A stretch of DNA of 64,000 bases. It comes from Albidovulum sp. (GTDB taxonomy: Bacteria; Pseudomonadota; Alphaproteobacteria; Rhodobacterales; Rhodobacteraceae). Position numbers and translations under genes: made by a program. Position 1 is the first letter of the stretch, and the number at the start of each line of letters is the position of its first letter. Under the pieces are notes generated by a model. It ran no database searches, was not told where the DNA came from, and saw only the letters and a program-made list of their open reading frames with translations. Below, piece after piece: positions 21,882-31,681 of the stretch. The stretch spans positions 13,576 through 77,575 of the forward strand of contig NZ_JBARVQ010000284.1 of NCBI RefSeq assembly GCF_049646345.1, read 5' to 3'.

Positions 21882-21892
21882 GACCCGTCCCC

Positions 21893-22504
21893 ATGACACT
21901 TTCAACACCCCGGCGCTTCATCCTTGCATCCGGTTCTACGATCCGGGCGCAGCTTCTGCGCAATGCCGGTCTTGGGGTTGAGGTGATACCGGCAAAGATT
22001 GACGAAGAAGCGATCCGCGCAGCCCTTGCGGCCGAGGATGCCAGCCCCCGTGATCTTGCCGACACTCTGGCCGAGATGAAAGCCCGCAAGATTTCAGACA
22101 AGCAACCCGATGCGCTGGTGCTTGGGTGCGATCAGATCCTTGAATGCCATCGCCAGGTGTTTTCAAAGCCCGCTGATCCCTCCGATGCCCGTGACCAGCT
22201 CAGCGCGCTGAAGGGACGGACCCACCGGCTGCTTTCTGCTGCGGTCATCTGCCAGGCGGGTAAACCGATATGGCGACATGTGGGTGAGGTCCGCCTGACA
22301 ATGCGTGATCTCTCAGAGGCATATCTTGATGATTATGTCGCCCGTAACTGGGACAGCATTCGTGAAACCGTCGGCTGCTACAAGCTGGAGGAGGAAGGGG
22401 TGCGGCTTTTTTCCCGCATCGAGGGCGATTACTTCAACGTTCTTGGCTTGCCGCTGATCGAACTCTTGACCTGGCTCGGTATTCGGGGCGACATCGCCAC
22501 ATGA
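21893..22504 (+). CDS. maf: Maf-like nucleoside triphosphate pyrophosphatase
   Basis: FILASGSTIRAQLL and the C-terminal half resemble the Maf family. 203 aa. Confidence 0.85.
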   Translation: MTLSTPRRFILASGSTIRAQLLRNAGLGVEVIPAKIDEEAIRAALAAEDASPRDLADTLAEMKARKISDKQPDALVLGCDQILECHRQVFSKPADPSDARDQLSALKGRTHRLLSAAVICQAGKPIWRHVGEVRLTMRDLSEAYLDDYVARNWDSIRETVGCYKLEEEGVRLFSRIEGDYFNVLGLPLIELLTWLGIRGDIAT

Positions 22505-23340
22505 TCGACCATCCTCGTATTCCGCTTGCCGGTGTCATCGGCTCCCCCATCGCGCATTCCAAATCGCCGCGGCTGCACAGCCACTGGCTGAAGACCTACG
22601 ATATTCGTGGCTTCTACATCCCGATGGATGTTGCCCAATCCGATCTGAAAGAGGTCATCGCGACCCTTCCCAAGGCGGGCTTTGTCGGCATCAATGTCAC
22701 GATCCCGCACAAGGAAACCGTGCTGGCTTTGGCCGATGTCGTGACCGACCGCGCGGCCTTGATCGGGGCGGCAAATACGCTGATCTTCCGCAAGGACGGC
22801 AGGATTCATGCTGACAATACTGATGGTTATGGCTTTATCGCCAATCTGAAGCAAAACGCGCCCGGTTGGACCGCATCCGCCGGACCCGCTGCTGTCATTG
22901 GCGCAGGTGGTGGCGCCCGTGCGGTCATCGCCTCACTGATCGAGGTTGGCGTGCCTGAAATCCGCCTTGCCAACCGCACCCGCAATCGTGCCGAGGCTTT
23001 GCGTTCGGAATTCGGGGCCAAGGTCATTGTGCATGACTGGGTGCAGGCCGGGAACATGATGGAAGACGCGACCACGGTCGTGAACACGTCCTCGCTCGGA
23101 ATGGAGGGGAAACCGGAATTCCGCATCCCCCTTGATGCTTTGTCGCCAAAAGCCGTCGTAACGGACCTCGTCTACACGCCACTGCGCACCACGCTTTTGG
23201 AAGAGGCGGCTGCGATTGGCTGTGTGACAGTCGACGGCCTTGGTATGCTTCTGCATCAGGCAGCCCCCGCTTTTGAACGCTGGTTCGGAACCCGACCCGA
23301 GGTCGATCAGGCCACGAGGGACGTGGTCCTCGGCGCATGA
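22501..23340 (+). CDS. aroE: shikimate dehydrogenase
   Basis: GVIGSPIAHSKSP, NVTIPHKE and GAGGGARA motifs. 4-nt overlap with maf. Confidence 0.9.
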   Translation: MIDHPRIPLAGVIGSPIAHSKSPRLHSHWLKTYDIRGFYIPMDVAQSDLKEVIATLPKAGFVGINVTIPHKETVLALADVVTDRAALIGAANTLIFRKDGRIHADNTDGYGFIANLKQNAPGWTASAGPAAVIGAGGGARAVIASLIEVGVPEIRLANRTRNRAEALRSEFGAKVIVHDWVQAGNMMEDATTVVNTSSLGMEGKPEFRIPLDALSPKAVVTDLVYTPLRTTLLEEAAAIGCVTVDGLGMLLHQAAPAFERWFGTRPEVDQATRDVVLGA

Positions 23341-23930
23341 GCCGCCCGTTCCTGCTTGGTCTGACGGGCTCGATCGGCATTGGCAAATCCACCACTGCCG
23401 CAATGTTCGCCGATGAAGGTGTACCGGTCTGGGATGCAGATGCTGCCGTCCACCGGCTTTACGCAAAGGGCGGCGCGGCGGTTCCGGAAATCGCAGCCCT
23501 TTGCCCAGAAGCGATCGTTGATGGCGCGGTGGACCGCGCTGGTCTGAAAAGCTGGATTGCCCGCGACCCGGCGGCCCTTTCCAGGATCGAAGCCGTTGTC
23601 CATCCGCTCGTCGCCGCAGATCGTGCGGCCTTTATCGCCAACAGTACCGCGCCGCTCGTCGTGCTCGACATGCCGCTGCTTTTTGAAACTCGGGCGGACG
23701 CGATGATGGACGCGACCCTAGTCGTCACCGTTCCGGCCGACATCCAGCGCGACAGGGTTCTGGCGCGCCCAGGAATGACCGAAGCCCAGCTTGATACCAT
23801 CCTCGCCCGCCAGATGCCTGACGCTGAAAAGCGCGCCCGCGCCACTAATGTGATTGAAACGCTCACCCTTGATGCGACCCGCGCCGCCGTGCGAAACCTG
23901 ATCGCGAAGATCGGAGCAGGCCATGCGTGA
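23337..23930 (+). CDS. coaE: dephospho-CoA kinase
   Basis: P-loop GLTGSIGIGKST. 197 aa. 4-nt overlap with aroE. Confidence 0.9.
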   Translation: MSRPFLLGLTGSIGIGKSTTAAMFADEGVPVWDADAAVHRLYAKGGAAVPEIAALCPEAIVDGAVDRAGLKSWIARDPAALSRIEAVVHPLVAADRAAFIANSTAPLVVLDMPLLFETRADAMMDATLVVTVPADIQRDRVLARPGMTEAQLDTILARQMPDAEKRARATNVIETLTLDATRAAVRNLIAKIGAGHA

Positions 23931-24615
23931 AATCGTCCTCGATACCGAAACCACCGGCTTTGAACCGGCCGAAGGCCATCGAATCGTCGAGATTGGCGCG
24001 ATTGAGCTGTTGAACCACATGCCGACGGGCCGTACCTATCACCAATACATCAACCCCGAACGCGGCATGCCGAAAGAGGCGTTCGATGTGCACGGTCTTG
24101 GCGATGATTTCCTGCGCGACAAACCGCTATTTGCGCAGGTGGGACAGGCTTTTCTGGATTTCATCGGCGGGGATTCCCGGCTGGTGATCCACAATGCCAG
24201 CTTCGATATAAAATTCCTGAATGCAGAGCTTGGCTGGGCCAATCTGCCGGTCCTGCCAATGGACCGCGCCCTTGACACCGTCGCGGTGGCGCGGCGCAAA
24301 TTCCCCGGTTCGCCCGCATCGCTTGACGCGCTTTGCCGTCGTTTCGGCATCGACAATTCCGCCCGCGAAAAACACGGCGCTCTGCTGGACAGTGAGCTTC
24401 TGGCCGAGGTCTATCTTGAGCTGATCGGCGGGCGGCAGCCGGATTTTGGTCTGTCCTCGAATTCCTCAACGCAGGAAAATACCACGACGACGACATGGCG
24501 CCCCTCACCGCGTCCCGCCCAGCTTCCCCCAAGGATGACCGAGGCCGAACAATCGGCGCATGGGGCCTTTGTCGACAGCCTTGGCGATGCGGCGATCTGG
24601 AAGCGGTTCGGTTAG
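23923..24615 (+). CDS. dnaQ: DNA polymerase III subunit epsilon (3'-5' proofreading exonuclease)
   Basis: Exo motifs: I VLDTETTG, II HNASFD, III HGALLDSELLAEVY. Confidence 0.9.
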   Translation: MREIVLDTETTGFEPAEGHRIVEIGAIELLNHMPTGRTYHQYINPERGMPKEAFDVHGLGDDFLRDKPLFAQVGQAFLDFIGGDSRLVIHNASFDIKFLNAELGWANLPVLPMDRALDTVAVARRKFPGSPASLDALCRRFGIDNSAREKHGALLDSELLAEVYLELIGGRQPDFGLSSNSSTQENTTTTTWRPSPRPAQLPPRMTEAEQSAHGAFVDSLGDAAIWKRFG

Positions 24616-25283
24616 ATACCCGTCGCCCGCAAGACGACGCCGACGGTCCTGAACAGGATCGACAGGTCGGTGAAAAGGCTGATCTGGCCAGAGTAATCCT
24701 CGTCAAAGAGCGCACGTTCGCTGAAAGACCCCCGGTTGCGACGCCCGACCTGCCATAACCCGGTGATACCCGGACGCATCAGGTAATAGCTCGCCCCGCA
24801 GAGCCTGCTTTCATATTGCGCCCGCTGTTCGGGCAGAAAGGGACGGGGGCCGACAAGGCTCATCTCGCCCATAAGAACATTCCAAAACTGGGGAAGCTCA
24901 TCAAGACTGGTCTTGCGCAGGATCGCGCCGAACCGCGTCACGCGCGGATCGCGGGCCAGTTTCTGCGTTTGCCGCCATTCCTGTTCCAGCAGCGGGTTGT
25001 CGCGCAGGATCGATTCCAATGCCCTGTCGGCGTCCGGCACCATCGTGCGGACCTTCCAGCACCGAAAGACCTGTCCGTCCCGGCCAATCCGAAGCTGGGA
25101 ATAGATCGGATTTCCGCCGAACAGGGCGGTCAGCCCCAGAATGACACCAAGGATCGGCACCACGATCGGCGCCATCAGAAGAACAAGAAGAACATCGAGA
25201 ACCCGTTTCCCATGCGTGGCATAGATACCCGGACGGGGGCAGACGACCGCGTCGTCACGAAACTCAAATAGTGGGGCGGCCAT
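24612..25283 (-). CDS. bacterial sugar transferase (ExoY/WbaP-type priming phosphoglycosyl transferase)
   Basis: ORF 24612..25394. Start at MAAPLFEF (25283). One N-terminal TM, then RPGITGLWQV, DELPQFWNVL..MSLVGPRP motifs. Confidence 0.8.
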   Translation of the reverse strand: MAAPLFEFRDDAVVCPRPGIYATHGKRVLDVLLVLLMAPIVVPILGVILGLTALFGGNPIYSQLRIGRDGQVFRCWKVRTMVPDADRALESILRDNPLLEQEWRQTQKLARDPRVTRFGAILRKTSLDELPQFWNVLMGEMSLVGPRPFLPEQRAQYESRLCGASYYLMRPGITGLWQVGRRNRGSFSERALFDEDYSGQISLFTDLSILFRTVGVVLRATGI

Positions 25284-25474
25284 CAGGCAAACTCCCTTCC
25301 CTGGTTGCGCCGGGCCACCCCAAGCCCGGTCTTTCCGCCAAGGTAGAGAGCGAATGGTTACGGATCTGTTAAGCTTAAATCCGAAGCATTGCACAGCCGT
25401 ATCTGTAAAATAATATATTTAATATCAATAACTTAGTGATACAAAATAGTTAACGTCCGATGGTCTTTGCCATC

Positions 25475-26776
25475 TCAGACAAACCGGCTCCACAGATTCT
25501 CCAGCCGTTCCTGGCGGCCGGATTGCGGCTTTGGATCGATTCCCTTCGACAGAACGAGATCCGAAATTTCGGCCAGCCCGTTCTCCAGCATCGCCTTACT
25601 ATCGGCCCGGTCCCAACCGGAATAACGTGCCTCGCGGGCACGTTCGAGCGCGCCGTCCTCCAGAAGCGCCGCCGCCGCCTTCAAGGACCGCGCGCAGACA
25701 TCCATTGCGCCCACATGGGCGAGGATCAGATCCTCGGGATCAAGGCTCTGACGCCGCAATTTCGCATCGAAATTCGTGCCACCGGTCGTGAAGCCGCCCG
25801 TTCGCAGGATCTCATAGTAAGCCCGCGCGGTTTCCGGCACGCTGTCGGGGAACTGGTCGGTGTCCCAGCCGGATTGATAATCATTGCGGTTCATGTCGAT
25901 CGACCCGAAGAGGTCAAGCGACGCGGCCAGTGCAATCTCATGTTCGAACGAATGCCCGGCAAGGATCGCATGGCCCTGTTCGATGTTGACCTTCACTTCA
26001 TCCTCAAGCCCGAACCGCTTGAGGAACCCATAGACGGTCGCAACATCGTAGTCGTATTGATGCTTCGATGGTTCTTGCGGCTTCGGTTCGATCAGGATCG
26101 CGCCCTTGAAGCCGATCTTGTGTTTGTATTCGACAACCATCTGCAGGAACCGACCGGCCTGCTCGACCTCACGCTTCAGATCGGTATTGAGCAAGGTCTC
26201 ATAACCTTCGCGCCCACCCCACAACACATAGTTCTGCCCGCCCAGCCTGTGGGTTGCATCCATGCAGGATTTCACCGTCGCGGCGGAATAGGCGAAAACC
26301 TCAGGGTCCGGATTGGTCGCGGCACCTGACATGAACCGGCGATGGGAAAAGAGGTTCGCCGTGCCCCAGAGCAGACGGGTGCGATGCGTTTCCATCTTTT
26401 CGGCGAAATAATCGACGATCTCTTCGAGGTTGCGCAGGCTTTCGGCGAAGGTCGCGCCTTCGGGGCGCACATCGGCATCATGGAAACAGAAGAAGGGCGC
26501 GCCGAGGATGTCGAACATCTCGAACGCCACATCGGCCTTCAGCCGAGCCAGATCCATTCCGTCACCGAACCAGGGCCGTTCAAATGTCTGCCCACCAAAG
26601 GGATCACCGCCGGGCCATGCGAAGCTGTGCCAATAGGCGACAGCAAAGCGCAGATGATCCTCCATCCGTTTGCCCATGACCATCTCATCGGGGTTGTAGT
26701 GGTGGAAGGCGAATTCGGTGTCGCTGTCCGGACCCTCATAGCGAATGTGCGGGATATCTTTGAAGAAGTCTGTCAT
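25475..26776 (-). CDS. xylA: xylose isomerase
   Basis: 433 aa. [20 protein letters not shown] and WGGREGY motifs. Confidence 0.95.
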   Translation of the reverse strand: MTDFFKDIPHIRYEGPDSDTEFAFHHYNPDEMVMGKRMEDHLRFAVAYWHSFAWPGGDPFGGQTFERPWFGDGMDLARLKADVAFEMFDILGAPFFCFHDADVRPEGATFAESLRNLEEIVDYFAEKMETHRTRLLWGTANLFSHRRFMSGAATNPDPEVFAYSAATVKSCMDATHRLGGQNYVLWGGREGYETLLNTDLKREVEQAGRFLQMVVEYKHKIGFKGAILIEPKPQEPSKHQYDYDVATVYGFLKRFGLEDEVKVNIEQGHAILAGHSFEHEIALAASLDLFGSIDMNRNDYQSGWDTDQFPDSVPETARAYYEILRTGGFTTGGTNFDAKLRRQSLDPEDLILAHVGAMDVCARSLKAAAALLEDGALERAREARYSGWDRADSKAMLENGLAEISDLVLSKGIDPKPQSGRQERLENLWSRFV

Positions 26777-28209
26777 GTCAGTCCCTTGATGGCAGATGCG
26801 GCGGCGCGGTAGCGGGCATGGCCTTCGTCAAAGGCCCCCGTCAGCACGGCCACCGGGTCGATGGTTTTGGCAATTGCCGGAGGCGTTGCGACCTCTGCGC
26901 CCGCCCCCGTCGCCGCCATGATGGCAAGGCGGGCTGCGCCGAAGGCCCCGCCATAGTCACCCGCGACCGGGACCGATACGGGTGTGCCGAGCGCTGTGGC
27001 GATGGCGGACAGCCAGTAGTCGGACTTCGACCCCCCGCCGACCGCCATCAGCCGGTCAATCTTCGTGCCGGTCGCGGCCAGCGCATCGCGGCAGTCGCGG
27101 ATCGCGAAAGTGACACCTTCCAGCACAGCCCGCGTCGCGGCAACCCGGTCAGTATCATGTTCCAGCCCGATGAAAGCGCCGCGGATCGCGGCATCGTTCA
27201 GCGGCGTGCGTTCGCCGCCAAGATAGGGCAGGAATCGCGCTTTGCCCGGCGCTTTCAATCCCCCTAGACCTTCGGTCAGATCCCGGGCTTCGGCCTCGGC
27301 GATCCCGGCAAACCAGTTCAGCGCATCGGTGGCGGCAAGAATGACGCCCATCTGATGCCATTTGCCGGGAAGCGCGTGGCAGAACGTATGTACGGCCGTT
27401 GCGGGATCAGGCCGATAGCCGTCATTCGCGGCAAAAAGCACGCCCGAAGTTCCAAGCGAAACGAAGGCCTGCCCGGCCTTCACGACGCCAACCCCGATCC
27501 CGGCGGCAGCATTGTCCCCCGCCCCGCCCGCGATGATGACACCTTTCGGCAGGCCGAAGCGGTCCGCCAGTTCCGGGCGCAGTGTACCCGACTGCGCGGA
27601 ACCTTCGACCAGCCGGGGCATGGCGCTGCGGTCCAGTCCGGTCGCGGTCAGCAGATCGTCAGACCAGTCGCGCTTACCGGTATCCAGCCAGCTTGTCCCG
27701 GCCGCATCCGACATTTCGGCGACATGATCGCCGGTCAGCCACAGCCGCAGATAATCCTTGGGCAGCAGCACCTTCGCCACCTTGGTGAACAGCGCGGGCT
27801 CATGGTGCCTGACCCAAAGCAGCTTTGGCGCGGTGAAGCCGGGAAAAATGATATTGCCGGTCAAAGCGCGGAACTTCGGATCGGCATCCAGCTCTGCGGC
27901 CTCGGCGTGCGCACGTGTATCGTTCCAAAGAATGCAGGGGCGCAGTACATCATCGGCACCGTTCAGCAACACCGCGCCATGCATCTGGCCTGAAAGGCCG
28001 ACGCCCCGGATCGCCCTTCGAAGCTCTGACGGAATAGCGTTCAACACCGCTTCGGCGGCCACGATCCAGTAGGCGGGCGATTGTTCCGACCAACCCTCAT
28101 GCGGCCGCGATACTGTCAGCGGTGCGGTGGCTTCGGCCACGATCCCTTGGGCATCGTCGATGACAACGCCCTTCAGGCCCGACGTTCCCAGATCGAGCCC
28201 GAGATACAT
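26773..28209 (-). CDS. xylB: xylulokinase
   Basis: [17 protein letters not shown]-kinase N-terminus. 478 aa. 4-nt overlap with xylA. Confidence 0.9.
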   Translation of the reverse strand: MYLGLDLGTSGLKGVVIDDAQGIVAEATAPLTVSRPHEGWSEQSPAYWIVAAEAVLNAIPSELRRAIRGVGLSGQMHGAVLLNGADDVLRPCILWNDTRAHAEAAELDADPKFRALTGNIIFPGFTAPKLLWVRHHEPALFTKVAKVLLPKDYLRLWLTGDHVAEMSDAAGTSWLDTGKRDWSDDLLTATGLDRSAMPRLVEGSAQSGTLRPELADRFGLPKGVIIAGGAGDNAAAGIGVGVVKAGQAFVSLGTSGVLFAANDGYRPDPATAVHTFCHALPGKWHQMGVILAATDALNWFAGIAEAEARDLTEGLGGLKAPGKARFLPYLGGERTPLNDAAIRGAFIGLEHDTDRVAATRAVLEGVTFAIRDCRDALAATGTKIDRLMAVGGGSKSDYWLSAIATALGTPVSVPVAGDYGGAFGAARLAIMAATGAGAEVATPPAIAKTIDPVAVLTGAFDEGHARYRAAASAIKGLT

Positions 28210-28967
28210 CAGGCGGCCTTTTCCGGCTCTTTGCCAAGAATGATCATGCCGAGGATATCCTCATCCGTGACCTCGTTCACATTGACCGTGCCCACCAATT
28301 GACCGTTCTTCATCACGCTCGCCCGGTCGCAAAGCTTCATCACGTTGTGGATGTCATGCTCGATCAGGAAAATGCCGAGGCCCTGCGCCTTCAGCTCTTC
28401 GATCAGTTCCGCCACCATCTGGGTTTCATGCGGGCCAAGTGCGGCGGTCGGTTCGTCCATAATCAGGATGCGGGCATTGAAATAGACCGCGCGGGCGATG
28501 GCAACCGACTGGCGCTGACCGCCCGAAAGCGCCGAAACCGGCACGTTGAACTTGCGGAAGTTCGGGTTGAGCCGCGCCATGATCTTGCGTGTCTCGGCCT
28601 CCATCCGCACATCGTCGACAAGGCCGCGGGGCGATACAAGCTCACGGCCAAGGAACAGGTTCGAGGCGGCGTCGAGGTTGTCGGCCAAAGCCAGCGTCTG
28701 ATAGATCGTCTCGATATTGTAAGACCGCGCATCGCGGGGGTTTTCGATCAGGGCCTTTTCGCCGTTGATGTAAACCTCACCGCTATCGGCCTGATAGGCA
28801 CCCGACAGGCATTTGATCAGCGTCGACTTGCCCGCGCCATTGTGGCCAAGAAGGCCGACAACTTCACCGGGATAAAGATCGACGGTGACATGATCGACAG
28901 CCTTGATGCCGCCGAACGAGATAGAGATGTCGCGAAGCTCAACAAGGGGTGTTCCACGATCGGTCAT
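28209..28967 (-). CDS. xylG: sugar (probably xylose) ABC transporter ATP-binding protein, single NBD
   Basis: Walker [10 protein letters not shown], signature LSGGQRQ and Walker B ILIMDEP. The ATG at 28967 has RBS GAGGGG. The alternative GTG at 28982 overlaps the permease stop (GTGA). Confidence 0.8.
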   Translation of the reverse strand: MTDRGTPLVELRDISISFGGIKAVDHVTVDLYPGEVVGLLGHNGAGKSTLIKCLSGAYQADSGEVYINGEKALIENPRDARSYNIETIYQTLALADNLDAASNLFLGRELVSPRGLVDDVRMEAETRKIMARLNPNFRKFNVPVSALSGGQRQSVAIARAVYFNARILIMDEPTAALGPHETQMVAELIEELKAQGLGIFLIEHDIHNVMKLCDRASVMKNGQLVGTVNVNEVTDEDILGMIILGKEPEKAA

Positions 28968-28978
28968 AACTGTTCCCC

Positions 28979-30307
28979 TCACTTCGATTTGCTGCGGTAA
29001 AGTTTGTCGAGATAGACAGCGAAGACGAGCACCGAGCCGACGACCACCTGCTGGATTGCCGCATCGAACCCGATCAACACCATGCCGGTCTGAAGGCTCT
29101 GCATCACCAGCGCGCCGATGATCGCGCCATAGATCGTTCCGATCCCGCCGCCGAGCGATGTGCCGCCGATGACGGCAGAAGCGATAACGTAAAGCTCGTC
29201 CAGAGTACCGAGCGCGTTGGTCGCCGAATTGAGACGCGCCGAGGCGACGACCGAGGAGAGCCCGGCAAGGAACCCCATCAGCGCGAAGATCTTCACGGTC
29301 ATCCAGCGGGTATTGATACCCGCGAGTTCCGCCGCCTCCGGGTTGCCGCCAATGGCAAAGACATAGCGGCCAAAGCGGGTGCGGGTCATCAGGAAGGTCA
29401 TCACGATGCCGACCGCGATCAGGATCAGGACCGGGATTGCGAAACCATGGCTGATGAACAGCCCGCCCTCGGGCACTTCAATGGCGTTGCGTTCGGCATA
29501 TTGCTTCACGATGCCTTTTGGCCAGGGATAGGAATTGACCAGCAGCACCGCGCCCAGAACGATGCCGCAACCTATGAGGCCCAGAAAGGCCTCGGCCCAG
29601 ACGGGCCGCAGCGGAAATTCGAACTTACGGCGCTGGGAGCGGCCATGCAGGATCAGATAGACGATGCCGACACAGGCCAGCAGGCCGACAATCCAGCTTC
29701 CGACCGCGCCAACCGCGCCGTAAGGACCGCCGCCCAGCAGGGCAAAGGTGGAATCGACCGGCGAAATCGTCTCACCCCGCGCGACGAGGAAGGCAGCACC
29801 CCGCCAGACCAGAAGCCCGCCAAGAGTTACGATGAAGGCCGGGATGCCTCGATAGGCGATCAGCCAGCCATGAAAGGCGCCGACCGCCGTACCAAGTGCG
29901 AGCCCGCAGAGGATCGCGATGATCCAGATCAGCGGATGACCGAGGCCTAGGAATTGCGGCAGGATCTGAACCTGCATCACCCCCATGACGATAGCGCAAA
30001 AGCCAAGGATCGAGCCGACCGACAGGTCGATATGCCGGGTCACGATCACCAGAACCATGCCCGTCGCCATGATCCCGATGGAAGCGGTCTGCACCGACAG
30101 GTTCCACAGGTTCCTGGGCGTCAGGAACGCGCCGAAGCCGCTCTTGAAATAGCCGTAGAAATGAAAGCCGATCCAGATCAGCAGCAGCGCGCCAACCATG
30201 CCAAGAAGGCGGGTATCAAGCTCGGTCGCGCGAAGGAAACGGGCAATCGGCCCTTCCTGAGCGGCCTGCGCTCCGGCGTTCGGGGTGGTGGAGGATGTCT
30301 GGGTCAT
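28979..30307 (-). CDS. xylH: sugar ABC transporter permease (XylH-like)
   Basis: 442 aa, about 10-12 TM, branched-chain/ribose-type permease features. Lies between xylF and the ATPase. Confidence 0.8.
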   Translation of the reverse strand: MTQTSSTTPNAGAQAAQEGPIARFLRATELDTRLLGMVGALLLIWIGFHFYGYFKSGFGAFLTPRNLWNLSVQTASIGIMATGMVLVIVTRHIDLSVGSILGFCAIVMGVMQVQILPQFLGLGHPLIWIIAILCGLALGTAVGAFHGWLIAYRGIPAFIVTLGGLLVWRGAAFLVARGETISPVDSTFALLGGGPYGAVGAVGSWIVGLLACVGIVYLILHGRSQRRKFEFPLRPVWAEAFLGLIGCGIVLGAVLLVNSYPWPKGIVKQYAERNAIEVPEGGLFISHGFAIPVLILIAVGIVMTFLMTRTRFGRYVFAIGGNPEAAELAGINTRWMTVKIFALMGFLAGLSSVVASARLNSATNALGTLDELYVIASAVIGGTSLGGGIGTIYGAIIGALVMQSLQTGMVLIGFDAAIQQVVVGSVLVFAVYLDKLYRSKSK

Positions 30308-30419
30308 GTCCTTATCCAGCTATGGCGAAAGGATGCGGGTAAAGAACCCGCTTGTTGAGACTGACAATGGTCGTCGGGACGAGATGCGCGAAAGCTCTGC
30401 GGCTTTGTTCGCGCTGGTA

Positions 30420-30445
30420 GTGCCCGGCGCGTGAACGCCGGGCAC
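30420..30445 (-). other. intercistronic stem-loop between xylF and xylH
   Basis: GTGCCCGGCG-6 nt loop-CGCCGGGCAC, perfect 10-bp stem, 12 nt downstream of the xylF stop. No U-run. Confidence 0.5.
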
Positions 30446-30456
30446 GAAAGTCAGGA

Positions 30457-31473
30457 TCAGCAGCCTGCGACGCCGTCCATCGCACCTTCGCAAGCCTGCT
30501 CTTTCGAGATGTGGCCAGCATCAATGGCGACGTTCAGGTTGTCCTTGGTGACCGGGGTCGGTGCAAGGAAGATGGCGTTCATTTCAACACCCTTCTCACC
30601 ACCCGACCACTTCACCGCACCGTCGATGGCGCTCATCTCGGCACCACCTGCAAGCGCCACGGCGATATCGGCCGCTGCCTTGCCAAGTTGACGCGAATCT
30701 TTCCAGACCGACACGGTCTGGGTGCCACGTGCCACGCGGTTCAATGCGGCAAGATCACCGTCCTGCCCGCCGACCGGGATGTTCAGACCCTGCGCCGAAA
30801 GCGCGGCAATGACGCCACCGGCCATGCCGTCGTTTTCGGACAGAACCGCGTCGACCTCGTTGTTCGCGGCGGTCAGGATCTGCTCCATGTTCTTCTGGGC
30901 ATTGTCCGGCTTCCAGCCATCGGTAAAGCTTTCACCGACGATCTTGATCGTGCCTGCGTCAACATCGGCACCGATGACTTCCATCATGCCTTCCAGAAGG
31001 AACAGCGCGTTCGGGTCGCCCTTGTCACCTTTGATGATGGCGTAGTTGCCTTCGGGCTGCGCGGCCTTGACGGTTTCGGCGATGATGCGGCCGACGCCCT
31101 TGTTGTCGAAGGTCAGATAGAAGGCGCGGTCATCCTCGATCAGGCGGTCATAACCAACGACCGGAATGCCTTCGGCCGCGGCTTTGTCGAGCGCGGGGCC
31201 GATCGCGTCCTTGTCGACTGACAGGATCACCAGCGCTTCGGCGCCTTGCGTGATCAGCGCCTCGATATCGGTCAACTGCTTGGCGGCCGAGTTCTGCGCA
31301 TCGGATGAGATATAGGTGGCACCGGCGGCTTCCAGCGCGGCTTTCATCGCCGCTTCGTCGGTCTTCCAGCGCTCTTCCTGGAAGTTGGACCAGCTGACGC
31401 CCACGGTCTGGGCAAGCGCGGATGTGGCGAAACCGGCCGTCAGGGCGACGGCCGCGAGAATGGCTTTATGCAT
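30457..31473 (-). CDS. xylF: D-xylose ABC transporter substrate-binding protein
   Basis: Start at MHKAILAAVALTAGFATSALA (signal peptide) after a GGGAGG RBS. Periplasmic-binding-protein type I sequence (VGVSWSNFQEERW). Confidence 0.85.
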   Translation of the reverse strand: MHKAILAAVALTAGFATSALAQTVGVSWSNFQEERWKTDEAAMKAALEAAGATYISSDAQNSAAKQLTDIEALITQGAEALVILSVDKDAIGPALDKAAAEGIPVVGYDRLIEDDRAFYLTFDNKGVGRIIAETVKAAQPEGNYAIIKGDKGDPNALFLLEGMMEVIGADVDAGTIKIVGESFTDGWKPDNAQKNMEQILTAANNEVDAVLSENDGMAGGVIAALSAQGLNIPVGGQDGDLAALNRVARGTQTVSVWKDSRQLGKAAADIAVALAGGAEMSAIDGAVKWSGGEKGVEMNAIFLAPTPVTKDNLNVAIDAGHISKEQACEGAMDGVAGC

Positions 31474-31681
31474 TTTTTCCTCCCGTTGACGGGCCATGAC
31501 GCCCGGATCGGCGGATTCGCCGAACTTTCCCTAGGCTGCCGCTATTAAATTCGCTTGTCAAATTAAAAACACTGGTCCAAACTGTGATATGGGAAGAAAT
31601 CTACCAAAATTGCCCTTGGATGTCCATTGATTGGCTGAATCCACATGAGTTCAGGTAGATTTAAGTTAAGTGAGCTAATTA

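Larger units (their letters stand above)
21480..21892. other. oriC: candidate chromosomal replication origin (oriC)
   Basis: Largest intergenic gap in the window. One perfect and several degenerate DnaA boxes, two AT-rich tracts, divergent gene orientation on either side and parS sites 3-5 kb away. Confidence 0.55.

Noticed and set aside
30724-30739. CACGTG-centred sequences (GGTGCCACGTGCCACG here, and similar at about 27915 and 31926), plus GTTTCACG half-sites at about 12395, 17984 and 45965, considered as additional parS sites
   Set aside because: Only the central hexamer or a single half-site matches. The flanks diverge from TGTTTCACGTGAAACA at 5 or more positions.
31474-31681. Candidate ROK operator palindromes in the xylF | ROK divergent region (TTAAATTCGCTTGTCAAATTAA, and the TTAAGTTAAGT direct repeat)
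   Set aside because: The arms are imperfect (TTAAATT versus TTAATTT), and I cannot tell them apart from chance AT-rich symmetry by eye. The region is certainly regulatory, but no specific site is called.
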